From positions 3,224,001 through 3,288,000 of the forward strand of contig JAYWIR010000003.1 in assembly GCA_036172245.1 (NCBI GenBank): 64,000 nucleotides of DNA, written 5' to 3'. Shown here piece by piece: positions 1 through 15,000 of this stretch (positions are counted from its first letter, which is position 1; every line of letters starts with the position of its first letter). The translations under genes were made by a program, and so were the position numbers. Under the pieces are notes generated by a model. That model saw nothing but the letters and a program-made list of their open reading frames with translations. It was not told the origin of the DNA and did no database searches. This stretch comes from Raillietiella orientalis. Lineage: Eukaryota.

Positions 1-50
1 CGCACCTTTCCAAGGTGCTTGCTCACCCGCATTCCCGCCATTGCTTCCAG

Positions 51-3000
51 TTCGGTTCCGGGTGTTCACTCTCACCACTGGCCTGCAGCCTTCCGGAGAG
101 ACCTTCGACGTTTACCTCCTGGATCCCTTCTCCAGATTCATCAAGAGGTGGCTGTCCAAGCAGGTGAGCGGCCCCACTGCATGATCTATCCGAGAGTCCG
201 GACCAGAGCCAGACTCTTCCTCATTTGTCTGCTTCTTGCAGTCCAGCCTCGGAGCTGTGAGCTTGGAGTTCCGCCTGGCGGACGAACCCATCACCGGCAA
301 GTGGACGATCAGAGTGGTCGAAGGAAGTCAGACGGAAACGAAGACCTTCACGGTCACACGATACTACCAAAATCGCTTCGAGGTGAGTAGCTTCAGTGTC
401 CCACATTCAACCGGGGCGTCCGCTCGGTTGTAGCTCGACTGTCAGTCGTTCTATCGGGGCGTCCGCACGGTTCTACCTGGACTACCGCACAGATCGAGTA
501 TTACACAGTTCTACTGAGGCTGTCACAATTTATATCGGGCCAGTCACAGGGTTCCAAGTGAATCCTCACGCAGCATCTGAATACGAGTCCTTCTCATCTC
601 GTTTGCAAGGATCAGTGCATCTCTTGCGAATGTGGGATTGGTCTTTTCTTCTCTCAGGTCGGAGGAACCTCCAGAGGGCATGTGTTCATGGAGAATGTGT
701 CGAGTCTGGTGCTTTTGGTGCGAGGAGCAGTAAGGGATTTCACGGAGTTTCTGGTGCTTCTCAAAGCTCCATCCTTACTGTCGCACCGCTGCTCACCGAC
801 CAAAGAACTCGAAATTCTCTTACGGGACCCCCTGGCCTTTCCAAGGTCCCATTCTCCATTATCTAACTTTCCTCAGACGGACTGTTCCCTGGCTCGAACT
901 TCTCCGGAGCGCGTGGGAAGAGTTGATTGGGCATCGGAGCCGTCCTCCTCGTTTCCGCTTTGCTTCCTTCGATGCCCATGGTCAGGAGGTTTGGGTGTGA
1001 AAGCGGTTGTGACAGCTTCCAGACCTGTGCCCCCATTGGCAATGGTCCCTTGTAAGGGATTTCTGCAATGCCTGGAGGGCTTTTTCTCCTGCATGTCTTC
1101 CTCCCGAATCGCGTCCCGGCTGCTTGTCGCACTGGGCTGGCACGCGTTCCTCAGAGGAGGGGAGGAAGGAGCTGGCCATGATCGCTCGCTCCACACGCGT
1201 GTGCGGACTATTCGCAGAGGCCTGGCAGCTTGGGGGCTGCCCAGGTTGCGGAAAACTCCGAGGAGCAGGAAGGGGATCGGATCTGTGGGTGTCTCCGCGG
1301 CTCCACGTCCACTCTGTGAGATCGACGAGCTTCGTCGGCTGGTTGGTCTCCACTTCCGGATGCGCTAAGTTGCGTTGTGGAGGGGATGGGTTGGGGACAG
1401 GGGGCAGGAAGACGCTTGAAGGCCTGGGGTCTGTCACCTCGCGCGCGACGCAGATTCCTGACGGCAGGTTGGGCGGCGGTCGGAAGGGACGGTGCTTGCC
1501 TGGCAACGGATGATCGCGAGCACCACTATCCGGGAGTCGTTCGGATCGTGCAGCTGCCGCTCCTCGGAGCTCGTCCCAGGTTCCTTTGCGAGTAGAAATG
1601 GGGGAGGGAGAAGGAGGGCTGCAGGGACAACGAAGCGTTTTGCAAACAGACGGTGAGCGCGAAGGGGAGGGGGGAGCTAATGTGCTGGGCTCAGCGCGCA
1701 TTGGTTCGCTGCAGAGTGGGTCGAAATCGAGAGATTGTTGGAAACGGAAAAAGAGGAAGAGGAAGAAGAAGGTTTTTGAAGGCGAGAAGGAAGCCGTCGC
1801 AGAGGCCGAGCCAGCGGTGGCCTACGGTGCTCCTCTTCCTCCGAAGGAGGGTTTGTCCACAGGTGTGGGATCAAACAAGAGGGGAGGGCGATTCCCTCTC
1901 GGCTTCCCCGGTGTGCCGAGTGCATCCTCCCTTCTTTTCGTGGACTCCTCCCTCCGCTCCGCTGAAGGCTTGAGGTAGCGCGAGGTGCTGCTGTCTGTTG
2001 GCTTTTCAAGAATCGCAAAGGAGTTCTACGGATGAGGGAAAAGAAGAAGGAAACGCTGGCTCCCCACTTTCCCATTCCTTTCGCGTGTGTCGGAGAGATC
2101 CCGCCGGACCAGGGGAAGGACGCGCCGAGCGTGGCTCCCGGGATCCCGAGATCCCACTTCCCTTCCGACTATGTGACCTTGCAGTGCGTTACTCAGCGCG
2201 CAGCCTCCAGTGAAGGAGGGCAGGAAGCACTCCTCCCCCCCATTCCAGCGAGCGGCAGCTCGGGGAATCCCGAGAGCTCCTAGAGGACTCGACCTCTTCT
2301 CCTGCATCCCGCAGATTTGGTCCTCCCTCCTCACCTCTTACCCCGCCTCTTCCTCCTTTCAGGTATCCGTACGCCTTCCAGAGGCCGTCCGAAGGACGGA
2401 GGAATTCCTCCGAGGGAGCGTCATGGCCACTTACGCCCATGGGGGCGCCGTCGACGGCAACGTCACATTCTTGGCGACCCTCCGCACCAACAGGAAGGAC
2501 TTCGTCTTCGAGGAGGTTTTGTCCTCGGTAAGGTCGCGCACCCGCGTCGAGGTGGGAAAGAAGAGAGAGGAGGAAGGAGGGGGTGAAGGGGAAAGGGAGG
2601 GAGAAAAAGGAGGGGGGGAGCGAAAAAGGGGTATGGAGGAGGAAGGTGAATGGGAAGGTCTCGAAGAGAGAAACGCTCCTTCAGACGCTACCGGAGGGGA
2701 AGATGGACTGCCGTGCAATCTTCCCATCAGCCGCCAATTCACGCGTGCAAGGTCCCTGAGTAATCGACCGATGCTTCAGAGAGCTCTCTCCTCCTTCCTG
2801 GAGAGAGTTCACAGTCGACTCTGACACTTTGATAGTGCTCTCCGACGAACAGGGTGCGGGAGCGGAGAGTGGTGGCGGAGGCAGCCAGCCTTTCTAGAGT
2901 GCACGGAAGAGCCTCCTGCGCGGTGGCGACGACGAGTCTCTCACCTAGCGGTCCCTTCTGGAAGCACCTGGAAGCCTCCGATAGCAGGAGTTTGGAGAGA

Positions 3001-6000
3001 AGGGGGAGCAAACGCCCTCTCCTCCAGCTGTGGGATGAGGCTGGAGACCCGGGTCTTGCAGGGCTGGCAGCGCTTGAAGCCCTGCAAGCAAGAGGTCCTG
3101 GCGAGCTGCTTGGCAGGAATGCGATCTGGATCGCGAAGCGCGGCTAGGAACGTCCTGAACGCTACCAGAGGGTCACGCGGGCGGCGCATCGGGGAGCGGG
3201 AAGAAAAAACGCGGTCCCCTATCATTAGAGGGCCCAATGAAGGCACAGGAAGAGCGCCTCAGAGCAGCAGGGGAGGAGGCCGCCGAAGCGGGGAAGTGGC
3301 TTCTTGCCCGATGCGGAGCCCGAAAGCCGCTAAATGTTGGGAAGCACTCCGCAGTCCGTGACCGGGGCGGGGCGGAGAGGACATCCGGGGGCGCAGACGC
3401 GTACGATGCGACTGTGGGTCAGAACGGGGGAGGGCATCGGGGTGCGACGGGGTGCGACGCGCTCCTCCCCCTGCTTATCACCCAGGACCAGCTGATTGAT
3501 GGTGTACCTGTATTCCAGAAAGACGCCTTGCCCACGTCCCGCGTCTTCAAGAACGTGCCCGAAGCCGGGGAAACCTACAACCTGGTGAGCGACCCACTCC
3601 TCTCCACGCGCGCTGTTCCTCCCCTCCCCACTTTCCTCCAGCCAGCGGTTTCCTCGATGCCGAGATCGGACTGCCCGCCCCCTTCCCGTAGGTTTGAACA
3701 GGAATCGTCATTTCCTCGTGCTGCAGCCCCCTACACCCAAGAGACCTCTCATCCATCATTTCGTTGATGCACCAGAAGCAGCTGACTTCCACGCTGCACT
3801 TATCTTTGTTTTTCCTAGAGATGTACCTTCACATCTGCTCGCTACGCTACTCTCACAAGCGCTTCACCTGACTAGCAGGACTGACCACTTACCCCCTAAA
3901 TAACGGAGCTATCCGTAGGATATGGTTTTCCCTGAGGAAAAACATCATTCTGAGGCTCTAAGCCTATATTCGTCTGCAGCTGCCCGCATCTTTCCTCTTC
4001 CTGACATCGGAAACGGTGGTCCATTCGAATCTGGGAGGAGTTCCGCGGGAACATTTTGGGGTACGCACCCCTCCCTCCTCATTGGATTCCCGGACCAAAG
4101 TATCCACTGCTGCTCACTTCGCTGCTGCTATGGCAGCTTTCCATTCTGATGCTCGTCTTCTCAATGACGATCACTATTGCGCCACTCCTGCAACTCTGGC
4201 ACGTAGGCGGCTGGGGCACCTATTTCTTCTGCCAGAGAGCTTTCGCTGAAGCTGTCGTGCGTTCGTCGTTCTTCGGCACCTCGTTGCTGCTGGGCGTGAG
4301 GGTTAGACGCACTCCTCTGCCGCGTGCGACCCGAGTCTGCTCTCAGTGCGGCAGCGCCGTCCTGTCGTCGTTGCTGCTGGGTGCCATGGTCTCCAGTGCT
4401 GCCAGCATCTACGACATATCTTTTTTCTCCTCTTGCGCGGAAGTTAGATCCACTCGATCTGCTGCCCCTCTCGGTCGTTGATTCATTGACGCCATTGTAC
4501 ATCCGGCGATCCCCCGAACCTCACCCCGACTGATCTGATCCAAGTTCTGTCTCTTCTCTCGCTCCTCCGTTTTCACGGTGATGTTTCAGGAAAGGGGTGT
4601 CCACTCCTTCGCTTTTCCCTTACCAAAAATGTTGCGGGACGTCGAGAAGGCAAACGCCACCGTCCAGAACATCAAGATCACCGCACAAGTGGGCGACCGG
4701 TTCCACCACGAAGTGTACGAAGGGTTCTCCGTGACGAGGGTGATGTCCTCATCCCCTCGACTGAAAGTCCTCGGAGGAGCTGTCCGGTTCTTCAAGCCTT
4801 CGATGCCATTCCGATGTACCGTAGGTGACTCCAAATCTGACCCGCCTATTCTTCCGAAGGGAGGGGGAAGGGAGAAAGAAAGGGTCTCTCCTCTCGTTTC
4901 GGATTTGCCGCCCGCCCTTGCTATTCGTTCGTCGCTCCTGCAGGTGGCGATCGCCTATGAAGACGGCACCTGGGTGGACCACGGTGATAGGCACCGTCTG
5001 CAGCTCACGCCGATGGTGCACCTCTCCACGGATTACGTCCTTCGGCTGCCTTCACGAGTGGTGAAGATGTCGCCCGTGGTCGGTGTTTGGGAAGTCCATC
5101 TGGATTTATCCGTGAGTAGCAGAGGATCCTCGCAGGCCGACACTCGTCGGACCGTCCTTGATGGGCAGCTGGAGATCAAAAACAAGAGTTCCCTGAAGCT
5201 GATCAGAAGTTTGCGTCTGGAGATGGAGTATGCGGAAGGTGTGTCCACTGTGCTGACTGCATATTCCCAGCAGACGAGTTCTTATCACCAGCTGCAAGTG
5301 ACTACGAGCTCGAGGAACCCCGTGGTAGGTGCCTCAAGTGTTCTTGACGAGACGCAGTGGTGGTTGCCCTCTTGTGCGTAAGCCTGCCTCCTGCAAAAGC
5401 GTGCTAGGGAACGCGCGTACTAAGCCGGTCTTTGGCGCCTCCATTGATTTTTCCCTCGACAGCAATGACAATCCTTACGTCTCGTTGCCGATGCATACGC
5501 ACTTTCGGGATGCCGTTCCTGCTGCTGGAAGAGAGTCATCGTCAGAACGGAAATTTCGATCGCAATGATCGCCTTCAAGTGTGGTAAATATGTTGAGAAG
5601 GAGGAAGAAAGAAGGAAAGAAAATAAGAACAACGAGAACAGCAGCAGAAGAAACCAGGTGCTCACTGCGTGTAGGATGCGGTCACCATCCAACTGTCTTC
5701 TGGAAATGCCCGCAAAGAGGTTTACTCGGAAAATTTCAGCTCGTCCCCTCTGGCGCTCTGAGCCCCATCCACAGACCACATTCACACGTCATTACGCACA
5801 GGCGCTGTTTTTCCCTAAGGAGCAACGGTGCTCTAGGAAAAATTGGCACGGACGTCCGAGTACCTTCAGGACCGGCACCGATTTCGTTTTGGCCCAGGCT
5901 CGCTCAGGAAGAGATAAGTCGAATTGAGAAATGCCGAGAGCTACTCCGGAAAGCAACGGGAGCAACCTGCAGCCTGTTGAGCCCAAAGGGTTTCCCGACT

Positions 6001-9000
6001 CTAGGATCCACTCTCTTAGGCTGAGGGTCCGGCTAAGAAGAATGACGATAATGAACAGCGAATAGGTTCAGGAGATAGGTGATTATTCTTTAGCAGAAAT
6101 GGTCCGGAGTTTCAAATTCCAAAATACCTTAAAAAAAGGTGTGCCTACGTTTTACTACAGCACTTATCCGTAATTGTGGCAATAATTTTTAAAACGGTAC
6201 CCCCATTCACTACAGGAGTAATACCTCTCCATTAAAAGTACCGGAATGACGTAAAAAGGAAAAATTCCTAATCAAGAAGTTACTCGTGCACGTAAACGCG
6301 TGCCTATGTGCGTGCGAAAACTACATACAAGGAGAAAATATTTGAATAGATCGACTTCGTGTTTGCGATGGATGCCCATCCGTTGCGTTCGTTCGAGCTG
6401 CGTCGGATGGTTTGTCCAAAGGAACAACACGAGAGTGAATATCTTCGAGGTATCTTGGGCGGGCTACAACAGGCAATCGTATCATATCTGCAAATGCGTC
6501 GGCTTGGGTGACAAATTCGAGGTCGATCCGGGAATGGTCAGACAGCGTCGACCGTACCTTGCCGCGCCTGCCCACACGGGAGCACAGGTGCTGGTCAAGG
6601 AAGACGTGGTCGATGCTGGTCTCCATTCTCGGTTCCCCGGCCAACAAGTTGCGATGTGTGCATCGCCGCAGCACACCTCGCTGACCAGGTTTCGTTCTGG
6701 GTCCGGCTCACCTGGCACCAGATGAGCTTTGTTCACGACCGCTTCAGCCAGCCATTCACGCTTCAGGGCATGGAAGAATGCTCTCCTTGACGTCCGCGCG
6801 CAGGTGCCACTCGGAGCGTACAGGTTGGTGACGATCAGGTCGGTGGAGTCGGACCTCCCAAGGGTCAGCTGGCTGACCCGACTCGCAGCGTCGAACCGCA
6901 CGTCCCGGACGGCGGTCGCAACAGATCGTTTAAGCAGGTGAGCGACCCCGCTGGGTTGCGCGGTGCCGCATCGCCACAGCAGCGCCGCTCTCACGAGATC
7001 CGTTCGATCTCCTGCGCTTGTTCTGCGCAGGTGAGGTGTATCTCCTGCAGCGGCACAAGGTCGAAGGACCGTAGGGCGACCGTGGTGACCACGTCCCGCC
7101 TCTTGCCACCCTCGCGTAGCCCGTTGACATTCCAACAGGCGATCCGTAGACAACGGCGAGAGTGCTGGAATAGTGATGTCTCGGCCCCGCCACCTGAGCA
7201 GGCGGTTTGCTTTTGGGAATGACGGTGGGCACCTGAGGTACCTGGACGGCCTCATTCCCCTCAGCGTTGTAGCGTGGCACCCTCTCGGGCGACGAGTCCC
7301 GAGTTCCAGTTGCCTCAGGAGCGTAATCGGTCGCCCTGGGCCGACCGATTCTCATGGGGAGCAGCTCACCATGACGTCGGTTTTCGTGCTGCCCGTGCTG
7401 TGCACCTCTCTTCGGTGTCGGAACGTCGCGGCTGCTATTCGCACCCGCCCACACACCTCCGCCGGACAGGGTGACTCGCTACAAGTCATCGGTCCATTCA
7501 CGGCCCTTTTTCCCTGCCCGCACCAACAGGGCAGTACGCGCCAGCCCATTCATCGACAGATCGGAAGAGACTGCGGCAGAAATGCAGGCCGCCATGCGGA
7601 TGCGAAACCTTCTAAGAATCCACTCAAGCACCTCAGCGGTCACTCTTTTTCTTTTTTTTTTCCCGGATATGTTCGGTTTCCGAGCATTGCACGCACGCGT
7701 GCGAAAGAAGGAAGAGGCGAAGACGCTCTTCGTGCCCACGGGCACGCATTTTCGGCAGCCGGCCCTGCATGGGCGACTGGGAGTTGCCTTAAGCGCTCCA
7801 TTCGGCGTGAAAAGGATGCTAGGTGATGCTCAGCATTGAGGGTGGCTGCTGCGAAGGAGATACAGCGGAGCTCCCTCCACGGGGAGTTACCTTGGAGCCG
7901 AGGTGAACCAAACTTTGGTGGCTGCGCGCGAAGGAAGAGCCGTCGGTCCTTCGCAGATTGCCGCTCTTCTTTGGAGAAGGCACGTTGCTACAAATCCACA
8001 TATGGCGGATACATAGAACAGACTCAACTTTTATACGACCAATTCTTGGTTTCCTGATTTCTAGAAACACCTCAGAATTTAGCACGGGAACTTATGAGAG
8101 CAGACTTGCTACCACCTCAGGGAACCTTCTAGGGGGAATTTCCTAGAAATAATCATGATGAAGCGGATTTGAACGATTGAAAGTATTTCATCTGGTTCAC
8201 CGGAGTGACGTAAGGGATCCGATTCGTCACGTTGGCGCGAGTGCCCGCGTTGCTGGCACCCAGGAAGTGCTGCAAGCTGCGGCCCGTTGGGACCGGGGAG
8301 GCTGCTTACTGCTGCAGAGCGGGTGCGAGGGTTTCGCAAGCAAAGCAACTGCGAAGACTCCCTACAACCCGTGACAAGCGGACTGGTCGAAGAGCGCGTT
8401 GGCGTTCCGTGCCGCGAGTTTCGTGCCATCGCATGGGCCCCTGACGGAGCTCCTGACGTTAGCGGGAACCGGGGCGTGTAGCTCAGGACATCCTCGGTAG
8501 CCGTGCGGAAACCGGAAGCGCTTTCCCACGAAAGGAGAGCCACGCGCTGCCCGTCGAGGCACGCCCCGGTCCGCATCTTGGAAAAACACCTCCGATCCCC
8601 GGGCATTCCTCGCGGGCTCAACAGGTGCAGGGAAGAGTCATCTCTCCCTGCATGTCCCTCACCCACCTTCCTCCCTCATCCATTCCGCTTTTTCCCATTA
8701 TTCGCGAGGTGCAAGTCCAGCTTCCCAACCCGCTGCGTGAGAGCCGGCGGCAGAGACAGGAGGACGGGATAGACCTTCTTGCCCTCCGGTAATGCGGCCC
8801 GTGTCTCTTGACACAGATCCCTGCCCTTTCATAAGAGATAGGGGACTCGGTGGGCTACCCCTGCTTACGAGGGTCTCTCTTGCTACACCTTCCTGCGTTC
8901 CCCTTGTGCTTTTGATCCTGTGTGGCCTAGCGTGATCGCCCATGGCGATCCGGCATGACAGCCACGCGCCGAAGGCGCCACAGGCTAGTGGTCGACTTCG

Positions 9001-12000
9001 GCTGTCTCCGTCGCCATAGCAACTCGCGGGTGCTGTTCTCTTCGGTAAGGGAGGCGATCCTGGACGGGGGTCTTCGGCGCCGCCACCACTCGGATGACGA
9101 TCCAGCCCTCTTCCTCCCTTCCAGGTGAAGCAGTACGTCGTGTTCCACGTTCGCGCCAACTTCGTCGTGGACAGGTTCCACTTCTGCATCATTTCCAAGG
9201 GCGTGATCCTCCAGTGTGGAAAGGAAGCGTCCCGCTCCTCCATTACGACGTTCGCCGTGATCGCGAGTCCCGAGATGGCGCCGTCCGCGACCATCCTGGT
9301 CTACCATGTAGACCGCCGCGGGACGGTGGTGGTCGACAGCATGACCTTCCCCGTCAGTCACGTGTTCTTGGGCAACGTGAGTTTTTAGGGGAAGGGAGGG
9401 AATGAGAAGGGAAGGAGGAGGGGGGAGGAAATGCGTCGTCCGCCGAGGCTCCGCAAAGCGCTGCCGCCGCTCCCGCACCAACTACCTCCGCGGGACCTTC
9501 GATTCCCTTCGTGCTCAACGCAGGAATACACCGAACGTTCCAGGTGTCGCTTTCCCTGAGCCGCAACAGGAACGAGAACGAGAAGCGGGACTCCTTGGAG
9601 ATCCTCGTCAGAGGGGATGCCGGTTCCTACGTCGGGTTGTCTTCCGCGGACGAAGAAGCGGGACTCGGGGAAGACTGGTCCTCGTCCAGGGTGAGCTTCG
9701 CACTTTTTGACCGCGCTATCGGCGAGGGTACGGACGGACGCGCTCACGCCCCAGGAATAGACGTGACGAGCAATCCTTTCGCTCCCCGTGGGCACTGCTG
9801 CAGACGGGGGTGGATCCCGAAGGAACTCCGGCATCCGCGCAGCGACCCTGCTGAGCTGCAGCGGATCGAGGAGTGACGTCAGCTGTGGCGTCGTGGGTCA
9901 CGGAGGGATTGCCTGTCTCCGAGTCGATGGGGAGGAAAGAAGGGAACCGCAGCGACAGTCGACTGATAACGACGAGGGGGAGGGGGAGGCGGGGCGAGCT
10001 CGGCCTCGTACCGGTTTCTTTGGTCCCTTCCGGACTCTCTCGTGCCACTCGCCGTGGCCTGGGGGACTCCTGCCTTTGCCCTCCACTCCACCTCCCCCCT
10101 TTCTCTAGAAAAGGGAGGAAATCCGATATTTGCAATGGTGCCACAGCAGGGCCTTCCTCGCCGACGTGGTGCCGTAATTCTTTCAACTGCTGTGTTTTCG
10201 GCCCTCTCCCAACAGGGGCCGGAAACACGGCAGCTTCCTCGAGGCGTCGGTCCCGCGTAGCTCCCTGAGGCCGAGTCTGCGTCCTCGTGCGCGCCTTGCT
10301 GAGCCCCGTCTGAAAGAAAGAAAGAAAGAAAAAATCTCCTGTGGGCAGATCCTCGAGCTCTTCCGCCGCTTCGACCGGAGCGGCCTGACCGCCGTAGCCC
10401 ACAGCCGGAAGCTTCCATCGGTAAGACGCTGGGAGACCCACTACTACCCCGCCTGGAACACGGGATCGGATGCGAGCAGCACGTTCGAGTAAGTGGTGCA
10501 AGAGGCATCTCTCTCTCTCCTCTCCCTCCATTCTTACCATACTGCAGGCTGTCCTTCTCTTCCTCCCCTTCGTCTTCCTTGTCTCCCCGTCACTATTCCC
10601 TCTCCCTCTCTCCTTCGTTTCCATGGCGCCCGTCCTGCGCTACTCCTTTTCTCGGATCTGAAGAAATCGCTGCTCCGCAGGTACTCTGGACTGGTCGTCT
10701 TCACGGATGCTTCCATGGAAACGGGTTCCAGCTCGTGCGCGGTCGGCAGCAGCGGCCAACAGCGGTGCCCCGTTGGCAGCTGCCATGGACGAAGCACCAG
10801 GAGATGCGACGGCGTCAGGGAGTGCGCGGACGGCTCCGACGAGATCAACTGTGAGTGGTGGTGGTGGTGGTGAGGGAGGGAGGATCCTTCTCCTCCTTGA
10901 TGCGTCCCAGTGTCCAATCAGAAAGTCCCGCGAGCGCTCCGCGAGGCGCGCGCCAGCCGCCCGGCTTCCTCAGAGCGACGGGTCGCTGAGCATCACCGGC
11001 AATGCGAATTCTCCCCGCGCTTCCCGGATCCTCTCCGTTTGGCAAACACCGGATCGTTTGAAGGCGGAGGTCCCGGTCCTGGACCTCCGACGGCCTCCCG
11101 ACGCCTTACGTGTACCTTGGTGCTGGGGGCGTTGGGAGTTCCCTGACTTCCCGCTCCACCTTTTCCTACTCTTCGCTTGCCCTGAAGGTCTTCGCTTTGC
11201 TGGACAGAGACCCCCGGGCTGGCCTGGCGCTGCTCCCGCAGACATCAGCGTTTGCTCTCGTCCCGGAGAGGGACCTTCGTCTAAAGGGAACCGCGAAAGA
11301 GGCCTTCAGGACCGATCGGAGCTGAATCCATGATGTCTGCTGAGAGGGACCCAGCTGTGCCCTCATGCGAGCCTTGGAAGGCATCCACGAGAGAGTCGCC
11401 CTCTCTTCACCGCCCTCCGCGGTTGCCTCACTTGGAATGCGCGCATTCAGAAGGACCCGGTCACCCAGTCTTCGGCCGGGTGGCCAGCACCGCAGCAGGG
11501 GCTTCGGCGGAGCACGGAGGGCACACGTCCTCCTCTGCGCACCCCTCGGGAGCGGTCATCGAGCTGCGGAGGTCCAGACGGTTCCTTTGCCGGGGTGGAA
11601 CGGAGGGACCTGGACGCTCTGTTCCGCTGAGCTGGGCGCGTGGACGGAAGAAGCGCACCTTCCTCTCATTCGCCACCCGAAGGGCTGGGAGAGGTCCGCT
11701 CTCCCGGGAGACCCTCGTTGGGAGGTTTGCAGTCTCTTTCCGCCCCGGAGGAGCAAGGGGGAGGGGGGCTCCTGCGCGCCTTCCCCTGGAGGTGACTGGG
11801 CTCGCCTCCCCCATGCGCAACGAGCCGGAGGCGGTTCTCACCCCGCCGTCGGGGGAGAGGGGGATTTCTTCACTTCTAATCTGTCTCACTTTCCTCCCCC
11901 CGCTATAGCCCCCTCGATTTGCTCGGTGAAGGGAGGAATCGCTAATGGTTTTCTGCCCCCGGCGTCCCCGGCCGCTCCGCAAATGCCGAGACCGTCCGCT

Positions 12001-15000
12001 GATCCCGCAAAGAAGGGGTGAGGGGTGTGCCCTATTCGGATGGAAGCCGGAAACCGAATGTTCCCATTGACTCTCCGAAATGAGAAGTGGACCCTCCGAA
12101 GTCCTTCCAGGAATCAAGGAGACCCTTGGGATTCTCCCTCTGGATGTGAAAACGGAGGTGCATCATGGAACTGGTCGCTACGTCCCTCGTGGGTTCGAGA
12201 GTGCAAGGAGTGTTCTGCTCCCTTCGGAAAGCGCTTTTCAAAAGAAACTTGGAAGCGTCCCTTCGGGGTTCTCTTTAGAGGAGGAACAAAGGAACGGATC
12301 CTTTTCAGTGGGTTCCTCCGGAAAGAATAAGGAAGAGGTGGTTCCCTTTGGAGACAAACAGGGTGAAGGGTTCTTTCCGGGCGTGAGAGGAACGAACTCC
12401 CTTCTCCGGAGCCCTTCCTGGATTCGTTAGGGGCACTTCCTAGCTTGCAGAGTCAACCCAGGAAGGTGCACAAGGAGGCTGGGGTGCGGCCGGGTCTTTC
12501 CCTCCTCCTGCCCAATGCCGCGGTTCTCAATGACCGACTTTCCCTGCAGGCGCCCATGACCGGGTGATGAGGACGGAGGAAGAGCCGGAGGACTACCTCC
12601 CGGGCCTCCGGGAGAATTTCCTGGAGCGCCGCTTCCGAGAGACGGCGCTCTGGCAGGCGACCAGCATCGGTCGCCACGGGTACGTCGCCCTCCGCGCCGA
12701 CGCCGGCGCCTCCGTGCCTCCGGGTGGGGAAGGAGGAGCAGCAGCGGTCTGGAAGGTGTTCGCCCTGGGCGTGCGCCCCCTCGGACACGCGACCCGCTTG
12801 GTTGGTGGCGCGGGCGCGGCTCTCTAAGAAGGTCTCGAGCGTCCTCCCTGCTTCTCCTGCCCTCCAGGTGCCCCCCTCCGGCCCCCTGACGGTGGACGTT
12901 TCCGTGCCGGAGTACTGCAGGCTAGGCGAAGTGGTCTCGGTGCAGGTCCACGTGACCCTGGCCGCTGGACCACCCTGGAGAGGACCGACGCCACTGCTGC
13001 TACGCGTCCGGTCATCCAGCGACTACGATTCCCTGAGCGCCTCCGGCAGGAAGGTCAAGGGGCGTCTCACCCCCTTCCCCTCCAGCGCTTCTCTTCCCTC
13101 TTCCAGATCACCGGCGGCCACGAGCACCTCGTCTGGCTGCCGCAAGGAACTAGCAGACTGGTCCCGTTCCCTGTGACCCCCAGGAGGGTGGGGGACGTGA
13201 CCGTGGCTGTCGTGTACGTTGCTCAGGTGAGCCTCTCCTCGCCAGAGGGAGCGGACAGCTCCGTTCCGCTAGCAGACGGACTCCGAAGTCGTCGAGAGGA
13301 AACTGGTCGTCCATGCCCCCGGCGCCCCCCAGTCACGTCACGTGGCTCTGACCCTCAACCTGCGCAGCCGGGGAACCGTCCGCCGCTTCCTGGAGACCAA
13401 CCTGACCTCAACTCCGATCATTCCCTACCGGCGGAAGCGGCTGTACCTATACGGGTCGAACAGGGCGAGGGTCAGCGTCTCCGCCGAAGTGGTGGGTCTC
13501 AGCTTCAGGGACGGACCGCTGGGCACCATGACCTTGTTGGGCAAGCCGGAGGAAGCCGCGGATCAGTTGGCCTTCTCCATGGGTGTCAACCTGCTGCTCC
13601 TGGAATACCTGAGGGCCTCAGGACAGACACAGGAGAGGGCGGCAGCCCTCCCCAGCGTGCTCGACCGCATCGGCACGCTCTTTCAGCAGATGCTGAGGTT
13701 CCAGGGAGAAGACGGTTCCTTCCGTTCACTCGCGTAGGGGAAGGGACGGTGAGGAACGGTGGATGGGGACTAATCGCGGCCCGTTCTCCTTAGGGGTCAG
13801 CCCGGCGTGAGAGTGACTTCCTTCTGCCTGCGCGTCCTCGCAAAAGCAGCCTCCAGGCAGTGGGAAAGCAGCGTCTCCGTGGATCCGCGGGTGCTCCTCT
13901 CTGGGCTGCGGTGGCTGTTGGGGCAGCAGGCCGACCAGGGGTTCTTTTGGGAGCCGCTGCCTCTTGCGGGTGAGCCTTCTTCCGGAGACGCGAGGAAGAA
14001 GGTGCGGGTGGTGCAGCACGCCGCCCTGACGGCGCACGTCCTGGTGGCACTGCATGATCTTGCAGACGTGGCGGGGGTGAGGAAAAACACCTTCCTTGCT
14101 TCTTCTTCCTCCACTCCCCGACTCTCTCCAGAATCTCAGAGACGAGCTCGTCGCCGGTCGCAGGAGGGCGCTGGGATGGTTCGACCGTAACCTGGACGTG
14201 CTGGTCGCAGAGGGCTCGGCGTATGACCTGGCCCTGGTCGCTTACGCGCTGGCTCTGTCCAGGAGCATCCACGCCGACATCACCTTCATGTTTCTGTGTC
14301 AGCACATAAGGGAGGAAGGTGGGTCCATTTCCCTCTTCTTTTTCCTCTCCCTCTCAGCTGCGGAGCCCTTGTTCTTCCTGCTCCTCTCCCTTCCTTAGGT
14401 CTGCTCTCTTGTGCCGCATCCTCTTTCTTCTTCCCCGCCTCCTCCCATCCTTCTTTGCTCCTCCCCCACTCATTCTTTATTTTCTTCCCCCTCCCTCCAT
14501 TCGGTTTCTCTTGCGTCTTTCACACCCACCTCCTTCCACTTTTTTCCGTTCCCCTTCCTCCGGTTCCTCTCCTCGCAGGAGCTTCTTCTCGTTCCTACAG
14601 GGCGAGCGTGAAGGAGCTTCCTTTCCAGGAGGTTTCCAGTACTGGGGTCCAGAGCCCGTTCCCCTTCCGGGATACAGGATCGCTGGCCAGCGGTCGTACC
14701 TTCTGCCGAGGCGTCTTCACCTGCACGAGGGCGAAACTGTGGAGGCGACAGCATACGCCCTGCTCGCGTCCGTGCTGCGGCAGGAGGCGGACCTGGAGCC
14801 CATCGTCCTGTGGCTCAACTCCCAGAGGCTCGCGGACGGCGGCTGGTGCTCCACCCAGGTCTGTGCCACTACCTCGGACTTTCTACTTCGAGCTCGCACG
14901 TGCTCACCACGACCCAGGACACGTACGCAGCCATCCACGCCCTCATCGAGTACTCTGTCCGCTCCAGGAGTCCGGGGGACTCGGCGAGCGTGGATGTGAC

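Noticed and set aside
408..476. Short duplicated CGGGGCGTCCGC.CGGTT with a small hairpin
   Set aside because: Only two units and no context to assign a function.
3350..4550. Protein-like reading frames inside an Mcr intron
   Set aside because: No recognisable motifs; probably old transposon debris.
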